Shown: piece after piece, positions 10,851-19,260 of the stretch
How positions within the stretch are numbered: the stretch's first letter is position 1
Layout of the letters: the number at the start of each line of letters is the position of its first letter
IMG/VR virus record: IMGVR_UViG_3300021964_000014
Strand: one strand, 5' to 3'
DNA: 64,000 nucleotides
Source: a virus
Translations under genes and position numbers: made by a program
Notes under the pieces: model-generated
Told to the model about the DNA's origin: nothing
What the model saw: the letters and a program-made list of their open reading frames with translations, nothing else
Databases searched by the model: none

Positions 10851-11073
10851 TCTTTTTTCCTGATTTCATATTAGCACACCAATGATACATTTTTCCTTTC
10901 TCACCGCCGTACTTTTTAGCTTTTGCTCTCAAGCTAGTTACAGAACCTTTACAACTAGCTCCAGATTTTTTTACTCTACCTGGTCTAGATTTACCTTTAA
11001 CTTTACCATCTTTAAAGTTTTCATCTAATACTTCTTTTACGAGTTCTAATATTTGTGACTTTTTAAAGGGCAT
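10834..11073 (-). CDS. Small basic protein, putative internal head protein
   Basis: Leader ending LVKEVLDE followed by Lys-rich module NFKDGKVKGKSRPG...HWCANMKSG. Confidence 0.65.
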   Translation of the reverse strand: MPFKKSQILELVKEVLDENFKDGKVKGKSRPGRVKKSGASCKGSVTSLRAKAKKYGGEKGKMYHWCANMKSGKKNENNR

Positions 11074-11260
11074 TTCTTCTTAATAATTCTCTTTTAATTA
11101 TATTCTTTTTCTTTCTATAAGAATTACTTTCATACATCTTTTTTAATTCTTCTGTAGATGTATTAGACGGTGTATAATGAATCCAGGTAAATGTATTTAA
11201 CATCTTACCTCTCTTGTCTTTATCGTATTGTTTAGTACTAGGTTTTAATTTAGCAGGCAT
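11063..11260 (-). CDS. Small basic hypothetical protein
   Basis: Likely start MPAKLK at 11260 (TAATG coupling to upstream stop). Confidence 0.65.
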   Translation of the reverse strand: MPAKLKPSTKQYDKDKRGKMLNTFTWIHYTPSNTSTEELKKMYESNSYRKKKNIIKRELLRRNAL

Positions 11261-11739
11261 TATTTCTTTTTCCAAATTTCGCCTCTTCTACAACGAACAA
11301 CTGCCCCGGAGGCGTATGCTGACGGCCAGGTGTCATATTTTTGTTTTGCTAATCTAGTACATCTATCGTCTTTCTCCATTATAACCTCTTTACCTTCTCT
11401 TTCTTGTAATAAACCTACAACTAGATTTCTAATATCTTCTCTTGTTACTTTTGCTTTCTTAGTATTTTTCACGACTTGTTTTCCTTTAGATCCGGCTTTC
11501 TTTTTCTTTTGAGCTGTTGCTGCTCTTTGGCCTTTAGTTAAACTCTGTGCTTTAGCTTTTGGTAAACATCTATCAGGATTCTTCTTATTTTTAGAAGTAC
11601 CACAAGGTCCTGCTATATTACCAGAGGATGATATTCTCACCCACTTTTCTTTTTTAAACCAATCACGTAAAGATTCCTGTACGAGTTCTCTCATAAAAGC
11701 ATAAACATCGGCAGGTATCTTTTTATTGGTATCGGTCAT
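11260..11739 (-). CDS. Basic two-module protein, putative internal head protein
   Basis: LVQE|SLRDWFKKEKWV...CLPKAKA module, then IME|KDDRC...WPSAYASGAVVRCR module. Confidence 0.7.
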   Translation of the reverse strand: MTDTNKKIPADVYAFMRELVQESLRDWFKKEKWVRISSSGNIAGPCGTSKNKKNPDRCLPKAKAQSLTKGQRAATAQKKKKAGSKGKQVVKNTKKAKVTREDIRNLVVGLLQEREGKEVIMEKDDRCTRLAKQKYDTWPSAYASGAVVRCRRGEIWKKK

Positions 11740-12098
11740 TATCCTCCTATTTTTACAACTTCAGATAAAAGTTTAATTACAACACCGGTTAGTACTGTAA
11801 ATAAAATCCATAATGCTTTATTGACTCCATCTCTCCATCTTGACAGATCTTGAACTTCAGCCATTTTATTTGCAAACTCTTTATCTCCTTGTTCCATTTT
11901 TCTCCTGAAGGCTGTGTTTTGATTTGTCTTAACGATTACTCCGTCTTCAGGATTGAGTAATGTATACTTTAACTCCGACATATCTTCTTTTAAATCCTTA
12001 ACATCTTCTACCATAGCCTGGAGTTCTCCATTAGGCATATGTTTCTTTATATGTACAAGCTCTGATAATACGGATTCTAGCAGCTGCTTTTGTGTCAT
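11739..12098 (-). CDS. Coiled-coil protein with C-terminal TM helix (holin/XhlA-like candidate)
   Basis: Hydrophobic ALWILFTVLTGVVIKLL at C-terminus; double TATTTATA upstream. Confidence 0.45.
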   Translation of the reverse strand: MTQKQLLESVLSELVHIKKHMPNGELQAMVEDVKDLKEDMSELKYTLLNPEDGVIVKTNQNTAFRRKMEQGDKEFANKMAEVQDLSRWRDGVNKALWILFTVLTGVVIKLLSEVVKIGG

Positions 12099-12122
12099 AA
12101 TGCTTTGTAATAGTATTGTAAA

Positions 12123-12136
12123 TATAAATATAAATA
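12123..12136 (-). promoter_or_regulatory. Two overlapping putative late promoters TATTTATA
   Basis: Intergenic, upstream of ATG 12098. Confidence 0.6.
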
Positions 12137-12140
12137 TATA

Positions 12141-12716
12141 CTACTCTACCTTACTCCGAAGGTATGTTATAAATTCTTGGAATTTGTCAGTATACATCTC
12201 TTTTGCCTTAGATTTATTAACCTTCCAGGTTTCTACATCACCCTGTTCAGTAACAAAAGAATCCTCTGCATTTAACATATCCTGTAGTTCTTGCTCTAGT
12301 TGAGCTATGAAAAATTCTATATTCCCTTTACGGGCATGTATTAAATAATTTTCATATTGACCGTTCCTTTTAAGTTCAGCTTCATAGTCAATAAAACAAT
12401 TGAAACACATTTTATTAACCTTATAAATCTTTTTACTCAAATGGTGAGACATAGACCCACTACATTTTGGACAAGCTAAAGGAACATGTACTGCTTTTTT
12501 AGCTTTATCTAATTTGGTGATGTTTTGCTTTAAACCATTTTTAATGGTCCACTGCTTTCCATTTTCTTCCCAGATATCTCCTTCCTCATGTCTAGTTGAT
12601 TGTCTATTATAGCCAGATTGATACTTAGTTTTAGACGTATAATCCTTATTAACTAAGTTTCTTATTCTCTCTACGTCTGATGGTCTAAACTCTTTTTTTA
12701 GAGCATTATCACTCAT
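12141..12716 (-). CDS. Hypothetical protein with CxxC...CxxC zinc site
   Basis: CPKC and CFNC pairs. Confidence 0.7.
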   Translation of the reverse strand: MSDNALKKEFRPSDVERIRNLVNKDYTSKTKYQSGYNRQSTRHEEGDIWEENGKQWTIKNGLKQNITKLDKAKKAVHVPLACPKCSGSMSHHLSKKIYKVNKMCFNCFIDYEAELKRNGQYENYLIHARKGNIEFFIAQLEQELQDMLNAEDSFVTEQGDVETWKVNKSKAKEMYTDKFQEFITYLRSKVE

Positions 12717-13299
12717 AACCTAATTCTTTTAGTCCTTGAATAGCAGGACCAATATCACCACCTTTAACTCTAAAAGCGATTCCTCCAGAAGCTATCCATT
12801 CTTTAATATTTGATTTTTTATCGTCTATAAGAATGCTATTTTCGTTAGCATATCTTTGTTTATCTGCTGAGTAAGCCATTATTACTTTAGGCTTAGGGTT
12901 TAAATTATTTTTAGCCCAGAGTTGTTTACCCAATCTAGATCCATTATCTCTAGAAGGAGAAGTTAAAAGGTCTGGTTTATATGGAGATATAAAGTTCCAT
13001 AATTCTTTACCTTGCGGCATCCAGTCCATTCCAACCCAAAACCCTATACCTACAATCTTATCAATAAAGTTCCAAAACTCCTCTATGCCGAATATAGCTT
13101 CAAAGTCTTTAGGTTTTACTACCTTCTGAATATCTTTCATAGGGTAATAATCAGGACCTACTTCATTAAGTTTTTGATGAAATCTCTTTTCGAAATCAGT
13201 TAGTACACCATCCATATCACAGTATATCTTGTAAGGAGGTACTTCTTTTTGTTCCGGAAGCGGATAAGCTTCTAATAAATCTACAATACTTGTATTCAT
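12709..13299 (-). CDS. HAD-family 5'(3')-deoxyribonucleotidase (NT5C-like)
   Basis: IYCDMDGVLTDF motif I, LLTSP motif II, K...ILIDD motifs III/IV. Confidence 0.85.
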   Translation of the reverse strand: MNTSIVDLLEAYPLPEQKEVPPYKIYCDMDGVLTDFEKRFHQKLNEVGPDYYPMKDIQKVVKPKDFEAIFGIEEFWNFIDKIVGIGFWVGMDWMPQGKELWNFISPYKPDLLTSPSRDNGSRLGKQLWAKNNLNPKPKVIMAYSADKQRYANENSILIDDKKSNIKEWIASGGIAFRVKGGDIGPAIQGLKELGYE

Positions 13300-13329
13300 A
13301 TAACCTTTATTTAACTATAGTTTCTTTAT

Positions 13330-13362
13330 TAAATATAAGAACTTTTACGTTAAGATCCAACT
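13330..13362 (-). promoter_or_regulatory. Bacteroidota-type sigma70 promoter
   Basis: AGTTG-N20-TATATTTA. Confidence 0.8.
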
Positions 13363-13490
13363 TTTCTAGTGACTTTTTTTTCATAAGGCATATCTTGTAT
13401 CATGGTTGTGCTTCCGCATTTACTACATTTTGCTAAATATGAACCTGTTTTCCAGTATGACTTGATCATATACTCGTTACAGCACTTCAT
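13350..13490 (-). CDS. 46-aa zinc-ribbon micro-protein (not in ORF track)
   Basis: MKCCNEYM...AKCSKCGSTT...; TAATG coupling with upstream stop. Confidence 0.6.
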   Translation of the reverse strand: MKCCNEYMIKSYWKTGSYLAKCSKCGSTTMIQDMPYEKKVTRKVGS

Positions 13491-15163
13491 TAACTATTCT
13501 TTAAATTATCTTCCCAGTTTCTAAAAGTTATATTGCCTAATGTATATGCTTCTTTTTCTAATTCTAATAACTTAGAATCAGCAGTAGTATCTTGTGTCTG
13601 TATATTATGTAAAGTACCTTGTAAGTTTTGCATATGATGAATCATTTCATGAGCATATGATCTTACAATATCTTTATCATGTCTTCCTAAGGTATATAAA
13701 ACTATTTCTCTAGCATTAGGATCGTAGTATGCTGTTTTACCAAAAAAGTTAGAAGCATTTGCTTCATCTTTTCTTAATTTAACTTCAGGTAAAGGTTCTA
13801 TATTCATTCCATTATCCAACATGTATTCTGTTAGAGAAGTAATATAGTCTTTGAGTTGAGGTTTGGATTGTTCTACACCTTCTTTCATTTCTGGATGAAA
13901 CATAAACTTAACAATGGTAGCATCTTTAGCTACTTCTTTACCGTCTATTTCTATTCCAATTGGATAAGGTTTAGTTTTATCATCTGCCCAATAAGCTACG
14001 TCGTAACTTTTATCTTCATTACTTGTTACTAATAGACCTCTATTGTATGTATCTTCTTCTGCTTGGAGTACAACCATTTTACCGGTAGGAAGAATCATAT
14101 CACCCATTAGTTTAATATCACCTTCGTCGTACCCGTCTTTATTATATCGATTTTCCTGTAAATTAGAAATATCAACAACCCATATTTGAGGGTCGATTCC
14201 ATTCTTTACTAATCCTGATAGTCTGGTATTACCAGCAACTAAGTCGTAATCGTTGTCAGAGAACTTAACAGCTATCGACATTTCGATTGTACCTCTTTTA
14301 AATGCGTCTAAGAATCTTTGTTTTTTAGGTTCTTCTAAACTATCAAAGTTGAGGTCTACATTTCCTAAGTTTCTTTTAATAGAACTATAAGAAACAGGTT
14401 TTCCTTTTTTAGCTATATTTAACCAACCTTCTTTACCCATTTTTACAAATTCTGGGTATCGGTTAGCTTCTTCCCATTCAGCATCAAAGTTAGGATTAGT
14501 GTATGTTATGTCTTTATTTTCATTAAAGTAACCTTCTACAAATCCTTCAATATTTGATCCTAATATTTCTGCTACTATTTTATCTTTCAAATCGTTTAAT
14601 ATATTTAATATTTCTTCTCTAGATAATTCTTCAGGGAAAAAATCTACAATTGTATCTAAATTACCAGATAGTATATTCTTTCTAAAATCTGTTGCTCTTA
14701 CTCCTGATCCAGGTGCTGATGCAAAAGCTAACCCTTGTACGTTATCAACGTTGTTAAATGTTGTAACTCTCCTTAGATCTACAAAGTCTTCTTCACCTCT
14801 TATCCCTGTTACTGCTACAAATTCACTTTCTGTATTTTCTCTTGCATAATCTTTAGCAGCAAACATTGGATTTTTTTGTCCATCTACTATTTCAACATTA
14901 CCTAGATGTTTCTTATAAATATTCCAAATATGAGTAGCTTCCTCTTTATCTATTCCATTTCTTTCTCCTCCACCTATAAAAATGATTACTTTATCTATTT
15001 TAGGTTTATTGTTATTATTACCTTTAAATAAACTTGAAGCTTTATCTTGGTAATCATCTTTATTATATAACGTACCATTATAAGAGCCGTCGAGTAAAGA
15101 TTTTACTACGTTAAAATGACCTCTATGAGGTGGTTTAAATGCTCCTGGGTATAATGCTATCAT
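13490..15163 (-). CDS. Fusion: HxGH nucleotidyltransferase + ParB-like module + unknown module + HExxH metallopeptidase-like domain
   Basis: YPGAFKPPHRGH at N-terminus; DLVAGNTRL (ParB-like); RSYAHEMIHHMQ...LEKEAY at C-terminus. Confidence 0.75.
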   Translation of the reverse strand: MIALYPGAFKPPHRGHFNVVKSLLDGSYNGTLYNKDDYQDKASSLFKGNNNNKPKIDKVIIFIGGGERNGIDKEEATHIWNIYKKHLGNVEIVDGQKNPMFAAKDYARENTESEFVAVTGIRGEEDFVDLRRVTTFNNVDNVQGLAFASAPGSGVRATDFRKNILSGNLDTIVDFFPEELSREEILNILNDLKDKIVAEILGSNIEGFVEGYFNENKDITYTNPNFDAEWEEANRYPEFVKMGKEGWLNIAKKGKPVSYSSIKRNLGNVDLNFDSLEEPKKQRFLDAFKRGTIEMSIAVKFSDNDYDLVAGNTRLSGLVKNGIDPQIWVVDISNLQENRYNKDGYDEGDIKLMGDMILPTGKMVVLQAEEDTYNRGLLVTSNEDKSYDVAYWADDKTKPYPIGIEIDGKEVAKDATIVKFMFHPEMKEGVEQSKPQLKDYITSLTEYMLDNGMNIEPLPEVKLRKDEANASNFFGKTAYYDPNAREIVLYTLGRHDKDIVRSYAHEMIHHMQNLQGTLHNIQTQDTTADSKLLELEKEAYTLGNITFRNWEDNLKNS

Positions 15164-16092
15164 GCTAAAAATGCTTGTACTTTTGAATCTATTTCTTTAG
15201 GAGTTGAATGCTGTAAAAGTTTTTGAAACTTTTCATTAAATAACATATCAGCTATATTATCTAAAACTTCAGTTTCTCTTTGATCTTGTTTTGCTTTTCT
15301 ATCTCTATACTTTTTTAGAACATCTCTCATTTTATCTAATCCAGGTCCTACTCCATTTTTATCATAAGCATCTTTAAATGCTTTCTTTAAAGCTCTATCT
15401 TCTCCGTACCCTTCTTTATCGTAATCTAAACTACCAATATGTTTTTTAAACTCTTCTTCTTCTTGAGTAGATAATTCAATAGGTTTTCTAAAAGTAGAAC
15501 CCCCTATATTGTTTGCTTCATTATATCTTTCTAAATAATCTTTAATACCAGAAGGTCCATTTTTTGCTGCTGTATTAAAAGCTTCTATTTCTTTACTATA
15601 TTTTCCTCCTCTATCGGAAACATGAATAGCTAAATTACCATTAGTAATTTTATCATATTCAGCAATTAGTTGGTAAACATTTCTCCAGGTTGAGAAGACA
15701 GCTGATCCGGGTACGTTTCTATCAGCTCTAGAAAAGTTAGAAATATAAGAAATCATAGGGTGAGTATACACCATTACCATGAATACATTATACCCTTTAT
15801 TAATTAGCTCATTAACCTTCTTAGGGTTAGAAGCTGTCGTATCCCATACAAAGCTAGTTCCTTTGTCTGATAGTTCCTCCGCCTCTTTGTCCGCTAGTCG
15901 AGCCCCTTGAGATAGATTGTTGTACGCTGGATGATCCTTGTCTTCCACGTATTTGTCTGGGTTGACTTGGGGGAGTGATGATAGGTTTAACTGGTTTAAC
16001 AGGTATGTTTTCCCTGCTCCAGCTCCTCCCGCCATTACTACCACTTTCGGGCCTGAGGTAGATTCTAGGATTAGATCTGTTAATTTGATCAT
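15160..16092 (-). CDS. P-loop kinase, Zeta-toxin/AAA_33-like
   Basis: MAGGAGAGKT Walker A, VNPD, FVWDTT, R..R.VP lid; N-terminal MIKLTDLILE tag. Confidence 0.75.
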   Translation of the reverse strand: MIKLTDLILESTSGPKVVVMAGGAGAGKTYLLNQLNLSSLPQVNPDKYVEDKDHPAYNNLSQGARLADKEAEELSDKGTSFVWDTTASNPKKVNELINKGYNVFMVMVYTHPMISYISNFSRADRNVPGSAVFSTWRNVYQLIAEYDKITNGNLAIHVSDRGGKYSKEIEAFNTAAKNGPSGIKDYLERYNEANNIGGSTFRKPIELSTQEEEEFKKHIGSLDYDKEGYGEDRALKKAFKDAYDKNGVGPGLDKMRDVLKKYRDRKAKQDQRETEVLDNIADMLFNEKFQKLLQHSTPKEIDSKVQAFLA

Positions 16093-16522
16093 TGTTATTT
16101 GAATTAGGTTTTAATATAATACGATTACCTCTGCTGCTTCCTCCAGAATTATTACTTCCTCTTCTTCCGTTTATAAAAACTCTAGGTTTATTAGCTTCGG
16201 GTAATTGTGATCTATAGTTATAAATAGGTGGTTTATAATACCAATCCCTATAGTACCAGCTATTAGGTCTATAGTTAAATCCGTAGTTAAACGGGTAATA
16301 GTAATTATGCCAGCCAAAACCATAGTTAAAGTTAAATCTGTTATTATCAAAGAAGTTAGTATAGTTATGTTTTTGAAATTCTTTGATTGGTATAGCTAAA
16401 GTATCACCTGTTGATGTTATAGTTAAAACTTTAGCTATTTTTACTTTTGGTACGGTACTTATCTGGTAAACACCGCAACTAGTTAAAAGTAAAGAAAAAA
16501 GAATTAATATTGTATATCTCAT
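15854..16522 (-). CDS. Lipoprotein with aromatic core and R/S/N-rich disordered tail
   Basis: Signal peptide II MRYTILILFSLLLTS|C; tail overlaps the kinase gene by 239 nt. Confidence 0.7.
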   Translation of the reverse strand: MRYTILILFSLLLTSCGVYQISTVPKVKIAKVLTITSTGDTLAIPIKEFQKHNYTNFFDNNRFNFNYGFGWHNYYYPFNYGFNYRPNSWYYRDWYYKPPIYNYRSQLPEANKPRVFINGRRGSNNSGGSSRGNRIILKPNSNNNDQINRSNPRIYLRPESGSNGGRSWSRENIPVKPVKPIITPPSQPRQIRGRQGSSSVQQSISRGSTSGQRGGGTIRQRN

Positions 16523-17301
16523 AATTTTAAAGTAGTTGGGTAACTATTATAAATAGGTTCAACCGTAGGATTCTCTAAACTATACAGTTTGTAAATAGTC
16601 TTAAATAGGTCAAAATTATAATCGATTTCATCTACTACTTTAATCTTCCAACCTTTGCCTTGGTATACTCCTTCTTTTTTTGAAGGACCTCTTGACTGAG
16701 CTTTCAACCAAATAATACCGGTTCTTTCTATTTTTATTCCTTTTGATTCTTCTAATGCTTTTGCATAAGAAGCTAACTGTAAATCGTAAGATTTATGAAT
16801 ACTATTAGAAGTTTTAATATCTAACAGCCATACTTCTCCATCCATTTTAACTACTAAATCAGCAGTACCAGCATACTTATGTTCATCTGAATAAACAAAA
16901 TCTTCTGTTGATATAAGTTCTGGTTTATAAGTTGTCCAAAAGTCATGAAACTTTAATATCATCTCCCAAACTAGTTGAGAGTATTTCGCATTTCCATAGT
17001 CGTCCATCCATGAAACTTCTTCTCCTAATACTAACGATTCTGCTGCCTCATGAACTTGAGTACCTTCTTTCCCAGCTCTTCTCATAATAAGATCGGCACT
17101 ATGCCCAACGTCCTTAAGCCAAGACTCAAAGAACTTATTTTTGGGCATATATTGGAGTATGGTAGTTACAGATGGGTAGTATACTCCTTCCGATCTTTTA
17201 TACACTCTTCTATCTAAAAAATTAATTTGTTTTAACTCCGGTTGAAAGTCCAACCTCTTTTTTTCATTCTGCTTGAGAATGTTCATACCTTGTTTTATCA
17301 T
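16519..17301 (-). CDS. PD-(D/E)XK exonuclease (Cas4/RecB-like phage exonuclease)
   Basis: YPSVTTIL, GTQVHEAAE, YAGTADL, LLDIKTS, QLASY. Confidence 0.88.
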   Translation of the reverse strand: MIKQGMNILKQNEKKRLDFQPELKQINFLDRRVYKRSEGVYYPSVTTILQYMPKNKFFESWLKDVGHSADLIMRRAGKEGTQVHEAAESLVLGEEVSWMDDYGNAKYSQLVWEMILKFHDFWTTYKPELISTEDFVYSDEHKYAGTADLVVKMDGEVWLLDIKTSNSIHKSYDLQLASYAKALEESKGIKIERTGIIWLKAQSRGPSKKEGVYQGKGWKIKVVDEIDYNFDLFKTIYKLYSLENPTVEPIYNSYPTTLKL

Positions 17302-18221
17302 AGGTTTAATTTGTGCAGCATTAGACGAGATAGATCTAACTCTTCTGCTGATTGTATATATTCGGTAAAAGCTCGAAAACCCATTTCGGAAGGATCTTTA
17401 TCCTCCATCTCTACTATAAAAACTCTTTTACCATTATTTAAAAATTGTTCTGCTATTTGTAATGCTCTAGTTTTAGCATCGTTATCTAAGGCAATATAGA
17501 TATCCCTTACATTGCTTGTTATAATCTTTTTATAAAGTTCTTTAGAAATACTCTTACCCAATATAGGAATAGCGTTTCGACGTATTGCAATAGCATCAAA
17601 TACTCCTTCACATAAAATGATAGGTGCATTCCAGTTAATCAGGTTTTCGAAAAATATTATGTCTTTGGAAGCTTCAGGATTTTTGTACTTAAAGTAGTTT
17701 CCATCAAAACTTCTTGCAACAAAAAAGTTGAGCGTACCGGATGAAGTATAACTTGGGACAATGACTCTTCCTCCATATTCTCCAGTTGTTGCGTATCCAA
17801 CACCGTATTTAATAAAATCATTGTCGGTAAGTCCTCGTTCATATAAATATTTTTTTACTAGATTAGCTACAACTGATGTATTAGAAGCGGAATAGAGGGG
17901 TTGGTATTCTTTCGGTAGCTCTATTATAGATAGCTGCTTGTATTCTATTTGTGAACCTCTCGGTACATATTTTAATACTTCGTTAGCAGTATCTCTAGGA
18001 GTTTTTAATTGTTTAAGAAGTGACCTAATTGTACGTCCTTTAGTCTGGCATACCCAGCATTCCCAAGGATTATGCCCTTGTTCATTAGTGCTCATCTTAA
18101 TCTCAAGCTTAGGCTTATGGTGATTGCAAAAAGGGCAATGGAAAGCGTGATTATCTCTTGCTCTCTTATGAGATTTGCCTAACAAATTTTCAATAGAGCC
18201 CAGTAGGAATGTATAATCCAT
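17298..18221 (-). CDS. DNA primase (Zn finger + TOPRIM)
   Basis: CPFC...WECWVC zinc finger, YLYERG, ILCEGVFDA, IALDND, KDPSE. Confidence 0.9.
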   Translation of the reverse strand: MDYTFLLGSIENLLGKSHKRARDNHAFHCPFCNHHKPKLEIKMSTNEQGHNPWECWVCQTKGRTIRSLLKQLKTPRDTANEVLKYVPRGSQIEYKQLSIIELPKEYQPLYSASNTSVVANLVKKYLYERGLTDNDFIKYGVGYATTGEYGGRVIVPSYTSSGTLNFFVARSFDGNYFKYKNPEASKDIIFFENLINWNAPIILCEGVFDAIAIRRNAIPILGKSISKELYKKIITSNVRDIYIALDNDAKTRALQIAEQFLNNGKRVFIVEMEDKDPSEMGFRAFTEYIQSAEELDLSRLMLHKLNL

Positions 18222-18247
18222 ACAATGTTCTGTAACTAGTTATACCT

Positions 18248-18280
18248 ATAATATAAGAAGAATTAGTCTAAATATCAACT
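18248..18280 (-). promoter_or_regulatory. Bacteroidota-type promoter for primase operon
   Basis: AGTTG-N20-TATATTAT. Confidence 0.75.
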
Positions 18281-18696
18281 AATTTTAGATGTTTTTTCTG
18301 ATTTACCATAACATTTGAAGGTCTGATATCTAATTCATCAGGGTTTATTCCATATTGTTGAGCTTCTCTTTCTACTGCATCAATCCATTCTTCCGGAATG
18401 TTACCTTTAAACTCTCCTAAAACCTCCATTTGTATAATACCTAATTTAGGGTTAATAACTTCTACATCGTATATTCTAGCGAAGTTATTTGTTTTTTTAC
18501 CTTTAAGTAGTTGTGCGTGTTCTAATTCGATTTCGTCTGTAGTTACTTTATATACTCTGCCGTTAAGTAAATAAGCAGATCCGTAGTCACCTGAGCCGAG
18601 GTGCTTTCCTCCTTGATCTAGTATTTTATCAACCTGTTTTTCAAAATCAGGATCATAGTACAAAATCTCTCCTAATATAACATGTGATAATCTCAT
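18268..18696 (-). CDS. Minimal protein-kinase-like protein
   Basis: LGSGDYGSAY Gly loop, VYKVT Lys, E helix, LDIRPSNVM catalytic loop, KLVDI; ORF ends at the metal-binding Asp motif. Confidence 0.75.
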   Translation of the reverse strand: MRLSHVILGEILYYDPDFEKQVDKILDQGGKHLGSGDYGSAYLLNGRVYKVTTDEIELEHAQLLKGKKTNNFARIYDVEVINPKLGIIQMEVLGEFKGNIPEEWIDAVEREAQQYGINPDELDIRPSNVMVNQKKHLKLVDI

Positions 18697-18700
18697 ATCT

Positions 18701-19000
18701 TTAACTTACATCCATTGCATCATTGTGATCTGCTGCGTATCCTTTTTCTTTAAGTGCAGCCACAATTTGATCTAAAACGTCTATATCGTAGCTACTAGGA
18801 AGTTCTAATCCAGTTAAATCTTTTATAAACTTTTCTGCGTCGTCACCAAATCTAATTTTCTCTTTCCATTGTATATTAGCAGTTACTGGTTTATCGTATA
18901 AGTATATTCCGTAAAATCTTCCGTAATCAGTATATGTTATATCGATTCCTTTTATTTCAAAATCTACCTTAAACTCTAATATTACGCTACTTAACTTCAT
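18701..19000 (-). CDS. Hypothetical protein with MKLSSVILE leader
   Basis: 99 aa ORF in operon. Confidence 0.65.
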   Translation of the reverse strand: MKLSSVILEFKVDFEIKGIDITYTDYGRFYGIYLYDKPVTANIQWKEKIRFGDDAEKFIKDLTGLELPSSYDIDVLDQIVAALKEKGYAADHNDAMDVS

Positions 19001-19260
19001 TGTTTATATATTTTAACTTTAAGATCTCCAGTTCCTTTTATTAAACGGTGATAGGTCTCTTTTGGTATAAATAGTTTATTTTCAGATAATACCTGTGGAG
19101 TGTCGTTATCTAGTTGGAATTTCCAATCTGTTTGATGCATAGCTTGAACGATTCTATCTTCTTTATCTCTATGCCAAACAAATTCAAAAGCTGATGTGTT
19201 AGATGAAAATTCTCTAACTGTATATTCTTCTGTTACCGATTCTGTATAAGGCCTACTCAT
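18997..19260 (-). CDS. Small cupin-fold protein
   Basis: WHRDKEDR...WKFQLDN...FIPKETYHRLIKG; likely start MSRPY at 19260. Confidence 0.7.
   Translation of the reverse strand: MSRPYTESVTEEYTVREFSSNTSAFEFVWHRDKEDRIVQAMHQTDWKFQLDNDTPQVLSENKLFIPKETYHRLIKGTGDLKVKIYKQ

Noticed and set aside
15160-16092. Zeta/epsilon toxin-antitoxin pair
   Set aside because: No antitoxin-like partner; the upstream gene is a lipoprotein; only the kinase fold is supported
16519-17301. Cas4 / CRISPR system
   Set aside because: No repeat-spacer array or other cas genes seen; a stand-alone phage exonuclease beside primase is the simpler reading
17657-17842. Alternative-frame ORF inside primase
   Set aside because: Short, no recognisable motif, fully nested
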